DNA of 58,482 nt, filler included, from Sphacelaria rigidula (Eukaryota): assembly GCA_964200075.2 (NCBI GenBank). It is 10 parts of 10 records of this genome, joined end to end, with 100 filler letters (N's around TTAATTAATTAA, not from the genome) between each part and the next. Parts side by side here need not be neighbours in the genome. Positions count along the whole stretch, not along the records: positions 23,435 to 29,192 come from CAXNAA020024672.1; positions 29,293 to 35,050 come from CAXNAA020024673.1; positions 35,151 to 40,908 come from CAXNAA020024674.1; 7 more parts are not named here. One strand, given 5' to 3'. The position numbers were made by a program, and so were the translations under genes. The notes under the pieces were generated by a model. The model ran no database searches, was not told where the DNA came from, and saw only the letters and a program-made list of their open reading frames with translations. Positions 24,359 to 36,665 of this stretch are shown piece after piece. Each line of letters opens with the position of its first letter. Positions within the stretch are counted from its first letter, which is position 1.

Positions 24359-27231
24359 GTCGCCGGGGGGTGGGGTTGAGTTTAACTTTTTAGCCCAAAA
24401 AGAGTAAAAAAATATCAATACTTTTTCCTCCCCGTGGCATATGATATATATGTCGCCCGCAAATACAGTTTTTGGGTTTGGGTTTTCCGGTGTTGTTCTT
24501 GTGTTTGTTCTATATCGTTCCCCCCCCAACCTTTACCTTTCGTTAGCGAGCATCTTCAAGTGATGCCACGGTAGGGGTTGCCCATTGAGATCCAGATTTT
24601 TCTCACTGAGGGGCTCCGAGAGAAAGGAGCCACACGAGAATATGGCTTAGGCCATTCCTGTTTTGATATTCGTTCGAGATATCTCTACCAGCTGGGCCAG
24701 TCTACAAGCGGATCTGTAGATTACAGGTGGGGCCTCATCTCAACTTTGGGAGTTGCAATATCAAATTCGGTGTGGAAAATCGGTAGGGCAAGAAACCAAA
24801 AATCTCCCTACCTTGAGATTTGTTTTCATGAGTTAAGGGCAAAACAAAATGCAGTTTTCTTCAAAACGACCCATACTCATTAAAAGAGACTCAGGGTGGG
24901 GAATATGTTGTGTGCCCTACCGATTCTCCATACCGCATTTTCAATATCAACTCTCAAAATTGAGGTGAGAATCCCTGACTTACAGGCTAGGCCATTTTAC
25001 AAACGGAGATGTATGTAGCAGGCTATTTGCAGCTCATTTTTGAGACATGTCCTTAAATTTTTTGTGTGGAGAGTCGCAAGGGTATGATATTAATAAAATG
25101 ATCTGAGGGATACATGCATATATATATTGTGACTCAAGGACGTGTTGAGGTAATGAGGACCCTTTTTTCAGGACAACATACTTGACTCACGAAAAAACAA
25201 AAATATCATGGTTCACGCAGTTTCGTTTTTCAATGCCCTTACGATTTGCGTACTAGAACTTCAAAGCACGACTCTAAACTCCAAGCTGAGGAACTGACTT
25301 AGGGATCAAAAACAATATGAGTTTCTCACCAAAACGTCCGTAACTCATGAATATATATATATATATATATGATCCAAGCAGTTTTCTCTTCGGTATGCTC
25401 TCTTGCGATACTCCATACCAAATTTCAAAGCATCATCACTCTCGAAATTGAGGTGGGAATCCCAGATTAGTGATTCTAGTGTCTCTGAGAGTCCAGAATC
25501 AGTGCATTCAGTACCTCTGCTCGTGATATATCAAATTTAGTATATAATATTATCAGCACAATATCTCCACAATAGGTAGGTGATGTATAAGGTGAAGGTC
25601 AGGATATCTATCGTTTCCACGTGCTTCAGAGAATGTTAACAAAAAGATCATCATCTGCTGTGCATATTGTGGGGTTTCGTTCGGAGACAAAAGTATGGGC
25701 CATATCCCCCTGCTTGACAGGATTGACCCGACATAGCGTTTGATCAACGAGAATAACTCGCCCAGGTTCTGAGAAGATGGGCATGTGCCTCCAGACTAGA
25801 CGACAAGTATGATGTGCGGATCACGGCCAGATTAGCCTGCGTCGATGAGATACCGCTGAAATGTTGAATCTATTTATGGGCTGGTCCAGTGTCATAGCCC
25901 ATTCATTGGATTACTGATCATGACCGGATCACCTGAATTCGCAAGAAAGGTTTCTTTACCTAGGACTCCCAAAGTTCGGTCATCGGGGTCCCTTTTTTCA
26001 TGGCGTGTAGTAGTTGTCAATAGTCACCAGCAGATGAAGGAATGGAACCATATCTCGAAGAATTGGTGTGGATGCGAAAGTTTGAATTTTCTGGGTTATC
26101 ATCCTCAATGAAGAGCCCCGTCCTTAATTTCGATGATCGGCTGCTATCTGCGGTTTGCGACAAGCCGACGAAACAATTCATGAGTAATGGCGTGCGGATG
26201 GTAAGGGTCTGAGAATCTGTTGCGTAGTCACGTCAATACCTCCATCTGTCACTTGATCATCTCGACACATCTACAACAACAACAGCTATCTTGCACGGTA
26301 CAAATGGTGAGAGCTACACTGCAGGGTATGACCATCTTCTCTCGGACTTCTGCCTTTGCCGTCGGGTGATCCAGTCTCCACTGAATCGGACACAATTGTG
26401 AACTACCGTTCTGTTCTCTCATGTTATTTACGTTTTGTTGTAAACTCAACGTTGTTATACCCCAAAAAATGCTCCCCCAGTTAAGCCGAGTCTGAATCTC
26501 AGCGCAGCACATCACAGCAATCATGGGCCATACTTGCTCTGTACCCTGGGAAAACGAGAGGTTTCCAACACCGCTGAGGAACCTTGGAATACCTCGACAC
26601 TACTACATATCGAGATTGCCATTCCCTGCAACATTCGTATTGAGCCCTAAACAAGACGGATTTTGTTTTACCCGGCATACGGCCAGCTCAGATAAATCAA
26701 TCGTTCCATCTCGGGCGCCCTCATTGAGAATATCAGCCATGAATGATACTCCGATGCACCTCTACCCCCTTCATGAGCCAATTTGTAGCAGCTGTAGCGT
26801 CGACGCCTCTGCTGCCAAAGCCTCCAGCTAGCCAATCGGTACCCCAGAAATCGTCGCTGCTATCGAAGTATTCTTCCAGGCGGGATTCCATTGCTGTCTT
26901 CACTGACTGTTGATCCTCTTGGGTCAGCATCTGTTGAATTAATTATGTAGTACAAGATGAAGATGCACGATTGAATGTCCATTTTCATGTTGCATTTATA
27001 AGAATAAGTTGACTGAATCGCGCTACACTGTAAGCGTGAACGTCGTTTCACAAAAAACAGCAGCAGCAGCTTTGAAGAAACAACAGAGAGAACGATTACA
27101 GGTATATGACAACGGCGTAGCAGTCAACGAAAAGCAAATGGATCAAGCCCCAAAAGCCGAAATACTTCCCTTGCCGAGGTCTACCCTACATCTGCCTCCA
27201 CTGGGTGTCGATGCTCTCGGGGTTGGACCCG

Positions 27232-27337
27232 CGGGTGGCCACTGGGGCGCCTGCAACCTCAAATTTGGACGTTACAGACCTTGTGCAATGTCTGTAACGT
27301 CCAAATTTGAGGTTGCAGGCACCCAAGTGGCCACCCG
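27232..27337. ncRNA. Near-perfect hairpin; candidate miRNA precursor or small foldback element
   Basis: 48-bp arms with 2 mismatches around a 10-nt loop (CTTGTGCAAT). The hairpin is certain; the RNA function is not. Confidence 0.4.
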
Positions 27338-27342
27338 TGTGA

Positions 27343-27373
<31 letters not shown>

Positions 27374-27485
27374 GGTGTTGCTTCGAGCATTGACTGTTAC
27401 GTGAGCACCGATGATTCACTTTTTGTCTTTCGTCAGACATTGAGAGAACGTTCTTACTATATCATATGTGTGTAGAAATGTATAC

Positions 27486-28904
27486 CTCCACCAAGAAGTG
27501 AATAGCTGCGGCGTACTGCCTGGAATCTTTGCCCATCGCGGCCGTCCGACCTTGCCGCCGACCACCCTCATGCACCGTTGCCACCACATCTCCGAAGATA
27601 CCACGATCATCTCCGTAGACATTTTCGCCGGTCCTATCTCCGGAACCACCCGACATAACGCTTCGGCTTTGCGGGCCAACAAAGGTTACTCCGCCGTCGG
27701 TGTGTGCGGCACCATTCTCGAGGTATTTCGACCCTCCGGTGACTCCGACAATGATACTACCACCGCCACCACCACCATCGTCATCATCATAATCATCATC
27801 ATAGCCATGGCGTTCAGGTTTTCCATAACCTGGAAACATCTTCGAAGCACTCGTTCTAGTCATGGTAACTCCGCCATTTCCTGGGTTGGCTTCAGTCAGG
27901 CGACAATGACGGCCTCCACTACCTTCCCCTGAGTTCCTTGGTTGCTGCTGTCCGCTTTCCCCCGCTTTCTCCGAGGACCCCGGCATCGCGACAGGAAAAT
28001 ATTCACGAGAATCTTCTTGACTGTTTCCCCGCTCGCACACTTTTTGCTGTCTTCGCTCGTCCTCGTCCTCCTCTTCCTCCCATCGCGCCGGCGATGCCGC
28101 CGCCGGGGTTTGTATCATTATTTCAATGGGAAAGTTGTCCCGCAAGGCGTCGAGCGATCCATTGGCAAGCCCGTGATCCACCAGCAATATCGCCGATCGC
28201 GCCAGCAGGTGGCGCGCGCGGTGCCGGCGCACCCGGAGCCCCTCCGCAATTCTGCGGGCGGCGGCGCACACCCTCGAGTCGAACTGCCGGGCTCTCTCGT
28301 GAAGGATGAGGGAAAGTCGTAGGACGGCCTGTTCTGCCGCTGCCGAGACTGAGCAGGCCTTACCCGAAGAAGATCCTACGGCGGCAGTGGATTGTTGTGA
28401 GGGCCTTTGCATTTGTCCCTTGGGTGCGGTTGATGAAGAAGAGGGATACAGTACTCCTCCGAGACTCTCCACGTGAGGGTCAACATCTTGATGTGCTGTC
28501 GATGGTGGTCGTGGTCGTTGTTGACATTGCTCAAGTTGAGGTTGAAGAACATCACCAATATCTTCTTCCTCGTCGTAATCCGCTCCTTCGTCTCGTTTTG
28601 GCGACGACGAGTTTGCGGCTGGGCATTCTGCGGATGATACTCTCTGCTTTTTGTTTGGCCCACCACCGAGAGGGTTGCGCGAGGAGGGGGAGGGCGAGGA
28701 GGAGGAATAGGAAGAAGAAGAAGAGGAGGAGAAATCTTCCGGTATCCAAGCGTGAAAGAGCAAGCGCCCGAGGGAATGGAAAGCCACCAGTCGGACGTGT
28801 ACCGACTCTGTTGTTTTGCGGGGGAGGATATTTGGGGTAGGGGGGATCGACAAGGGAACGGACGCCAGGGTACTCATTTTTTGCACGTCTTGCATGTCGC
28901 CCAT
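27486..28904 (-). CDS. Long low-complexity exon of an unknown protein
   Basis: 480-codon open frame with Ser/Gly/acidic tracts and ordered segments (VHVRLVAFHSLGRLLFHAWIP; EQAVLRLSLILHERARQF...). Probable donor GAG|GTATAC at 27486; 5' boundary uncertain. Confidence 0.65.
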
Positions 28905-29752
28905 GATTTTCTAGGGCTTTGCACTCATCTGGATAGTTTTGCATATACGGGGAATCAGGGATAGCGATGCTGTATACATCTTGATACAATACTCATGTAC
29001 TGGGATCCATGTCTAGCTGCATGGCATATATATATCTACAAACGTGGGGGATCAAAATGAACTCCTGAGCACCCTTGTGCTTCGACCCGCCCGCTCCCCC
29101 CATGCCTCCCACTCCCAAATGGTATGCACCCATGAGGCAGTGTAAAAGCCGTGGCTGTCTCTGGAAGTGGCGATACCACAGAATAAAGCAACNNNNNNNN
29201 NNNNNNNNNNNNNNNNNNNNNNNNNNNNNNNNNNNNTTAATTAATTAANNNNNNNNNNNNNNNNNNNNNNNNNNNNNNNNNNNNNNNNNNNNGGGGGGGG
29301 GGGATCCCCACCAACCACTCTACTCTAGCTCGGGGTGTATTACTTACTACTTCGAATTCGTTTTCAGCTCGGCGAATCTAGTTCTGGAGTTTACACCGGC
29401 TACTTGACTTTCGTGTCAAAACACTGAAATAAAATCACACAACAACGGATGACGAGCGTGAATTCCGACGTTGGGGAGCGGGGGTACTGCACACCTTGCA
29501 GTGGCTCTAGTAACGCTGCTAGTGCCCTCCTTGAGTTCTTCATTTTGGTTTCGTTGATTGCTTACCGCCTTTCAACTGCCCCCCCAAGGATCTAGCCGTG
29601 GTCACAGGTCACTTGATACACGTTCCCGAGACAAAACAAACACTGGAAAACTCGCCCAATAACAAATGAGAAACACAAGACGTAGAGTAGAACAGAGTAG
29701 ACTGCGAAAAAGAAGAGAATTATATTCGTACATATATTTTTTTGATGTAGAT

Positions 29753-30122
29753 GCCGGTCGCCCCGGTGGCTCAGTTGGTAAATCCCGAAACCTTGTCATT
29801 GTTGTTGTTGGGTGGTGGCTTCGAATCTCGGTGCAGTCACACCATCTGGGATTTTGTTTCACGCAATGCTCAACAGTGAAGGGCGACTATGTCGCGGTAC
29901 GCAATATTCGACTTCGCCGTCGACGAGGGAAAGGAACTGGTGAACACCTAACCCTAACCCTAAGGCAAGCACCTCAGAAGGAAAGGGGGGGGACCAACAG
30001 AGAAGTAAAAAGGGAAATAAACTCCTGGTTGCCTCCCTCCTGTGTGACCCCGGCTGACGCGCCCTTATGTACCGAAAGGTGTATACTAACGTCCAGAATA
30101 AGCGGGATGACAACACACACAT
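29753..30122 (+). mobile_element. Full-length tRNA-derived SINE
   Basis: A box TGGCTCAGTTGG, B box GCTTCGAATCTC, body shared with four other copies in the window, (AC)n tail. Confidence 0.85.
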
Positions 30123-30439
30123 GTAAATGGCTGGCCTCTGCCACATCGCTTCGGTGGAAAAGGGCTTGCACAGAGCCACACTATTGCGTAGGATAACACG
30201 TCTGTGTACCAAGATTTTGGGTATGTGTATGGTACGGGAAATAATACAAGACTGATTGCATAACCTGCCCCAAACCATGAATTCTCTCACAACTCTCTCT
30301 TTTCTGAAATCAAGTAGATCGAGTGCGAACCATTACTGACGGAAAATTCTCCAGGTCTTCTGTTTCAGCGAAGGTAGCAATTTTATCCCAGGGTTGGGGT
30401 TGGGACTAGGAGTATTGGCAGACAATTCCACCAAATGAG

Positions 30440-30790
30440 GTTGTATGCTGAAATGACGTTCAAGCCAAAAACAATGCTTCTCCACACTTCCAGCGATGGT
30501 GCCCGATGACCTTTTTGTTGACCTAATGCCCCCAGATTGCGTGAGTACTCCTTCGGCGCAATTTACCGACCCCGTAAGCTTACAGCCGTGACCGGAACCG
30601 TCGTTTCCTCTGATTTTGGGTGTGGTATCAGGGGAAATGACGGTTTCGGCCAGCGCTGTAAGCTCATAGAGTAGGTAAAGAAAAAGTATTCACGCAATGA
30701 ACGGGCATTAGGCCGACAAAAAAAGTCATGGTCATGCTGAAGGTGTTGAGGAAACACCGTTATGGCCTTGAACCTCAATTCAGCATAAAC
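30440..30790. mobile_element. Old MITE/foldback with about 110-bp diverged inverted arms
   Basis: 30440-30552 aligns with the reverse complement of 30681-30790 (TATGCTGAA..GTTCAAG...CCTAATGCCC...TTGCGTGA.TAC). Confidence 0.65.
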
Positions 30791-31777
30791 AAACTTATTT
30801 TATTGAATCGCTTGTGTAGCATTAAAAAATATGTGAATGTTTGAGATGGGATGGGATATATATACTTGGTCTGGTATATGGGCTTAATAGTTTGTTTTTT
30901 TGTTTTTGGACAAGGGGGAAACAAAATAGTGTGAAAAGTGTAGTATATGTTGAAAACTTATTAATTAAAGACTGTTGGGAGGATGGATGGTTGAACTTTA
31001 TTTTTTGGACAAGGTAAAGACGAAATGAATCGAAAAATATTTCACTTATATGATAATTTCTGCAAAATCAGACCGGCGGGCGGGCGCAAATATTTTGACA
31101 AAACAATAATGAACAGACCAGCGGTCCTTCGCACAAGAGGAGCGTAGATATATTTTGCTGAAGACCCCCGTGAAATCCATTATCGTCTCTGATCAAGCGC
31201 CTTCTTTAGTCGATGAGAAGGAGTTTCCCGTCGAGGGGGAATTCAAGGCACCGGGTTATGTAGGTACCTCTCACCAGGGGTCGACGGGGATATGCTTCCG
31301 TCTTCCCACGTGCTGCCAGCCTGCGATGCTGAGGGCGCCAAGGAGGTCGCATCAGGTTCCAAGAGCTCAAGCAGTCAGTTCAAGCTGCAAGCTAAAATAT
31401 TCGCGACCTCCTTGGCGTCTCCGGCGTCGCAGGCTCGCAGCACAGCTTGCAGCTACGGTGGGAAAACCGTTCTCAGCCGCTACACCAAACCCGGGACTTT
31501 AATGGAAATCAGAGGGGCCGACATATAAATGCACAGGACAATTGAGGCTGTGTTGAGGGCGACAGAAGTAGTGATGGGGAACGGGTTGCGTGGTGGCGAG
31601 ACAGCTCGACATATCGGTTCCTCCGTTGGAGCGAAAAATCACCAGTTTGCCGACGAGGATGCGCGGGGAGCAAAATTTGAAAAAATAACCGATACGCACG
31701 ATCGTATGGCGGCTTGCACGTCGGCTCTTCCGAGAAATCCAACGTATCGCACTCTGCACAAAACAATAGGGAAGTGG

Positions 31778-32035
31778 TGTGTGTGTGTGTGTGTGTGTGC
31801 GTGTGTGTGTGTGTTGTCGTCCCATCTATTCCGGGCGCCGCTCAACGCCTTTTGGTATTTGTGGGCACACCAGCCGGGGTCACACAGGAGGAAGGTCAAC
31901 ACAGGAGTTTTGATTTTGTTTTGTGTTTATAGTACACCTTCGTTCAGCGATGCTTGCCTTTATTTTTCATCGCGAAAGGGGTTAGGGTTAGTGGCACTCC
32001 CTTTCCCTTGTCGACCGTTGAGTCAAATTTTGACT
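31778..32035 (-). mobile_element. SINE body, 5'-truncated, carrying telomeric repeats
   Basis: Collinear with the 29753-30122 family; (TG)n tail on the plus strand. Confidence 0.8.
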
Positions 32036-33534
32036 TCAGGGTTAGGGTGAGGGTTAGGGTTAGTAATTTGAAAAAGATGCCCATGAGCACGATTGAATAG
32101 CGGCTACACACGTCGGCTCAACCGAGAAATGCAACGTATCGTAATCTGCGCGAGAACGTTGGGATAATTCACCGATTCGCCGACGGTCACGAGCGGGGTG
32201 TAAAATTTGACCATTTGACCGATGAGCGATTGTAGAGGGGCTTTGGACGTTGGGTCGTCCGCGAAATTCAACGGATCAAAATTTGCACCATAAAAGAGGT
32301 AGAACTTATTAAACCGTCGTTGAGCGCACGGACCAAACAAATGGCGCGAGGAAAACATTGAAATTTGCCCATCACCACGAACGACTGTCTATGTCGCGTC
32401 GTAACGTATCAATTTACTACATTTACAAATTCCCTCATCATAGCGAACGTACAGCGGCAGCGCTAGTCGGATCGAAACGTAACAGATTCGCCGATGAGCA
32501 CGAACGACGAGTGAATATTTTCTCACAGTGCCATTTTAGATTGTATGATAATTCGCCGTGTATCGTGGACCTACAGCGGCAGTGCACGTCGGGTAAAATC
32601 AGTGCTGAGTCGCCGATTTCAACGATTGTGTCGATCGACGTAAGGGTGTAGTGAAATGAAAAACAAAATCGTGTCGGGTCGAGCACTTACCGCTTCGCAA
32701 GCTATGGGTATGTACAGTTGCCGAGATGAACACCCATCCTTGGAATGGTGATAGAAGGGGAAAGCGATGACGTGTGGCGGATAAAATTGGATGGTGAGAC
32801 ATTTTACCCGAGGGGAAAATATGGTCCAAGACGATGGACAGGGCGATGCGATATGACATCTTGATTCCCACCTTGGCACTCATTCTAACCTGACAGCGAT
32901 TGATTGTTCTTGGCAGTCGTGTACAACGGTAGCGTTGTAGTATGTATGTAGCTTATATCCGTCAGAGTGGACGCCGTACTGCTCACTCACGTACGTACGA
33001 ATCAGTAACGCCGTTGCGAGCTTCAATGTTATTTGCTATATGTATTAATGTGCCAGTAACGCCGTTAGGAATTTCAATGTTATTTTCGAGACGATGGGAC
33101 GCTTCGTAACAACGTACTCTGAACCATCTGCCCCTGCAGCTTTGCTGCGGACCACCAGTCGCCTGCGAAGGCTATAGGGACAGCACCGCACAAGGGGTTG
33201 ATACTTCGGTTGTTGAACAAACCCACTCACAGAGCAGTGGTGGATGGCCATACAGCTCACCATGACAACATGCCCATGATCAAAACGGCCTACATTGAAG
33301 AGAAAAGAATGACGATGAATGAGACGTTGAAACTAGGGGCCTGGAATCCGTCAACAAGACACGGCAAGCCTTTTTCAAAGTGGCCGCGGATCACGAGGAT
33401 GCGCCGTCTCGGCACCAACTCGTTTGTGTACTTGCATGCTTTCCACATGCTCGCATGCTACATCGAAACGCACGACCTCAAACAAAACTCACGACACACA
33501 AAGCAAGTAAACATACTGCAGGGGCTGCGGTACA

Positions 33535-33830
33535 GTGTGTGTTGTGTGTATTGTCGTCCCATCTTTTCTGGACGCCGGTCTACACCTTTCGGTATGTGTG
33601 AGCGCACCAGCCGGGGTCACACAGGAGGAAGGTCAACACAGGAGTTTCTTGTTTTCCGTCTGTTTCAGTGCTGCACCTTCCTCCTACGGCGCTTGCGTTT
33701 TATTTTCATCGCGAGAGGGGTTCAGCAGTCCCTTTTCCTCGTCGACCGTGGAGTCGAATTTTGTGTCCCCACGACATGATCGCTCTCCACTGTTGGATAG
33801 TGTGTGAGAAACGAATCCCCCATCGCTCCG
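33535..33830 (-). mobile_element. SINE body of the same family
   Basis: Collinear with the reverse complement of about 29850-30122. Confidence 0.8.
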
Positions 33831-36665
33831 AGATTTGAGTTTTGAATTTTCATACATCCATCATGAGACCACGGGTGGATCCCGGGGGGGGGTCAGTCAA
33901 ACTGCGACAATCGATCAATGCATAGATCAATCATTGATCAATGATAACACAATCTCACGAAACGTACTGCAGGAAGGCTTGGGTGACACCATCACACCCT
34001 CATATTTCCGCCAGGTACAGTAAGATCCTTTAACCAGCCTGAGAAATTGTCCCAAGTTTCTTCCGTTGAATCATGACATACTGTGTAAAGACTGTACCAG
34101 AGCAGCTTGGTAAACTACGTTTGCAACAAGGGCCACAAATGTGACAAATGTGGAAAAAAGGACGGTGGTGTTCGCCGCTGTCGCCCGTGTGATACAACAC
34201 ACAGACCACCTACGGCACGATATCTGAACCATGTACTGTATCTCATATTTGTACAGCTGTCTGTGCTTGCATCGTGAGTACGAGAGACGACGGGACGTTC
34301 AACTATCAAACCGGCACGGGACGTTCGTTGACAGACTTGCTTCCAACACCGGCTACGTACACGATAACAAACCTGCAAGGCAACACGGCCTTCGTCGCGG
34401 CACTTACTCGGCCTTTGACTCACCAGTTAGTTCGTTGCGGGACAGGTGCAGCGTCCGAAGACGACCGAGGCGAGCCAACTCCCGCGGGATATCGCCTGAC
34501 CAGGAGAGGGGATCATACCAAGGACCGAACACGACCATATTACGTACGGTCACCAATGAACAGTGCCATGGTCACTTCAGTATGACTGTGAAACAGAGTA
34601 CGTGTCGATGAAGTGCCGAACACGACATCCGCAAAAAACGGGGAGAAGCGCATCTCGGTATAGCCACACCTACGAGCGACACGGGTGGCCACCAACTTTG
34701 GATACAAATGCTCTGGTACTCACGTAGAAATGTTACTAAGATCAGCTGCAATATCGCTACAGACACAGACCACTTACGGCAGGAAATGTCCCACTCGGGA
34801 CACCCCAAGTCGACATTTACAACATGCGAGATGTGTCTGCACAAATACCAGTAAACGATACACCCGAGGTACAGCAAATGCACAGCAGCATCATCGGGGA
34901 AGATGTCGTTGATGGAGGGTTCAAGTCACGTGAGTGCACATCATATCGCCTCATCGTGTGGTGTGCCGCTCTGAATGTGCTAACAGCCGATTTTCGAAAA
35001 TGGGGTTGAAAAACAAAATGAGGTTCAACTCAAAAGCCGTGCTTTCCCTGNNNNNNNNNNNNNNNNNNNNNNNNNNNNNNNNNNNNNNNNNNNNTTAATT
35101 AATTAANNNNNNNNNNNNNNNNNNNNNNNNNNNNNNNNNNNNNNNNNNNNTGGGTGTCTCACCATATCAACTCTACGTAGTACGATCATCCCCATTGTGC
35201 GGAGTTGAGGTTCTCCCACGCCGCATAACATTATCTAGCTCGACTACCATCATGGTTACCGCAACATAAAACGCAAGCGCGCAAAAAACAATCGGTGATC
35301 TGGTAGTCTAGCTTGCGCAGTGAGTGGTGTGTTTTTTATAGCGTCATCGCAAACCGACACTAACCCCATCGGGGGTCCGCCCCTACAAAGCCGGCGCGCA
35401 CCCTATCGGGCAGACTAAAGGAGGACACGCATGGGTGTTTAGAGAGGGAACGATGAACACAAAAACCCGGGCTTGCTAGTTTCAAGGAATACGAGGCTCG
35501 ATTTCCATTCCAACAACAACATGTTACAGAGGAACGTATCTCTTACTCCTTTCGCGAGAAAAAAATGGACTTCAAGACTACTGCCAAGATAACCCCCCCC
35601 CAAACCGGCCAAAAATGTGCACGGAGGCGATGATCATAAATTCCGTTTGAGCTGGTTTCGTGCTGCACGACGCGACTCATTTGAGCCTTGAAGCTGATTT
35701 CGGACTGCTACACGCCTCCCATGCGGGAGAAAATTCGCTGCGAACGAGCCCATTAGTGGAATCGCAGCCTCGCTCCATTCGCTCGCCTCTGGAAGTTTTG
35801 GTGGGATGTCCAAACTGTCTGTCATCCGGAAGCCAGCATGATATATTGATGCTAGCTTGCCTGAGAGTAAATTTAAGCCTTCACGCACCCCGATACACGT
35901 GCCGGAAGAGTCATCCTACGATAGGGGGGGGGGGGGTATTTGGGCCACTTCTTGCATGAAAGTTTAAGGCAAATTGCCGCCTAAATCAGCAACGGTTGCT
36001 CGAACGAGCTTGGTATCGATGTATAACGCTCATTCATACCGATTGAAACCGTTCTGAACCAAATACAAGCGCATCGCGAGTGCTGTAGGTCATCTGACAC
36101 ACTTATCAGCCTTGTTTTTCGTGCAATCAAATATCCCTCCCCCCCTCTCGTAGGATGACTCGGAAGCCGATGCGAGCGGCGGCGAAATAGTCATAATCAA
36201 ATGAATTGTTCATGCCAGCTACATGGCCATTATGTGGACTACGAATTGATTATCTTCATTGAGAGGCAACATCACAACCTGAAAGCACCATACCCACGTC
36301 ACGCACGCCATCTGATGAGCATGTCCCTGCTAACCCTTGTCCAGTATCCAATAATGCACAGTACATATCTGTCGGCACGACCTACGGGCCAAGGCATCAA
36401 GGGGTGAGGCAGCCACCGTATGTATCCTGCAAAACACAGCCCCGAGACGTTTTCGGACGTCTCGGAAAACGAAGCAGCCTTGCTTCCTTTCCTCTGCTTA
36501 GGAGCTCAACTCTGAAACACAGTGGGGGAAACTTTCCACTCGGCGGGTGCTCTAGTGTATAATGCCGTGCGGTTTCTGCGGCGGAATGAAGCCCGTATGC
36601 CGCAACCCTCCCATATACACGGCCTGGAGATGCCTACACACTACATCTGCAGCACCAACTCCTAC

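Noticed and set aside
25550..26940. Decayed coding or viral sequence
   Set aside because: Short protein-like pieces with many stops; no family motif I can name.
27468..28840. Plus-strand ORFs overlapping the 480-aa frame
   Set aside because: Antisense shadows of a GC-rich exon.
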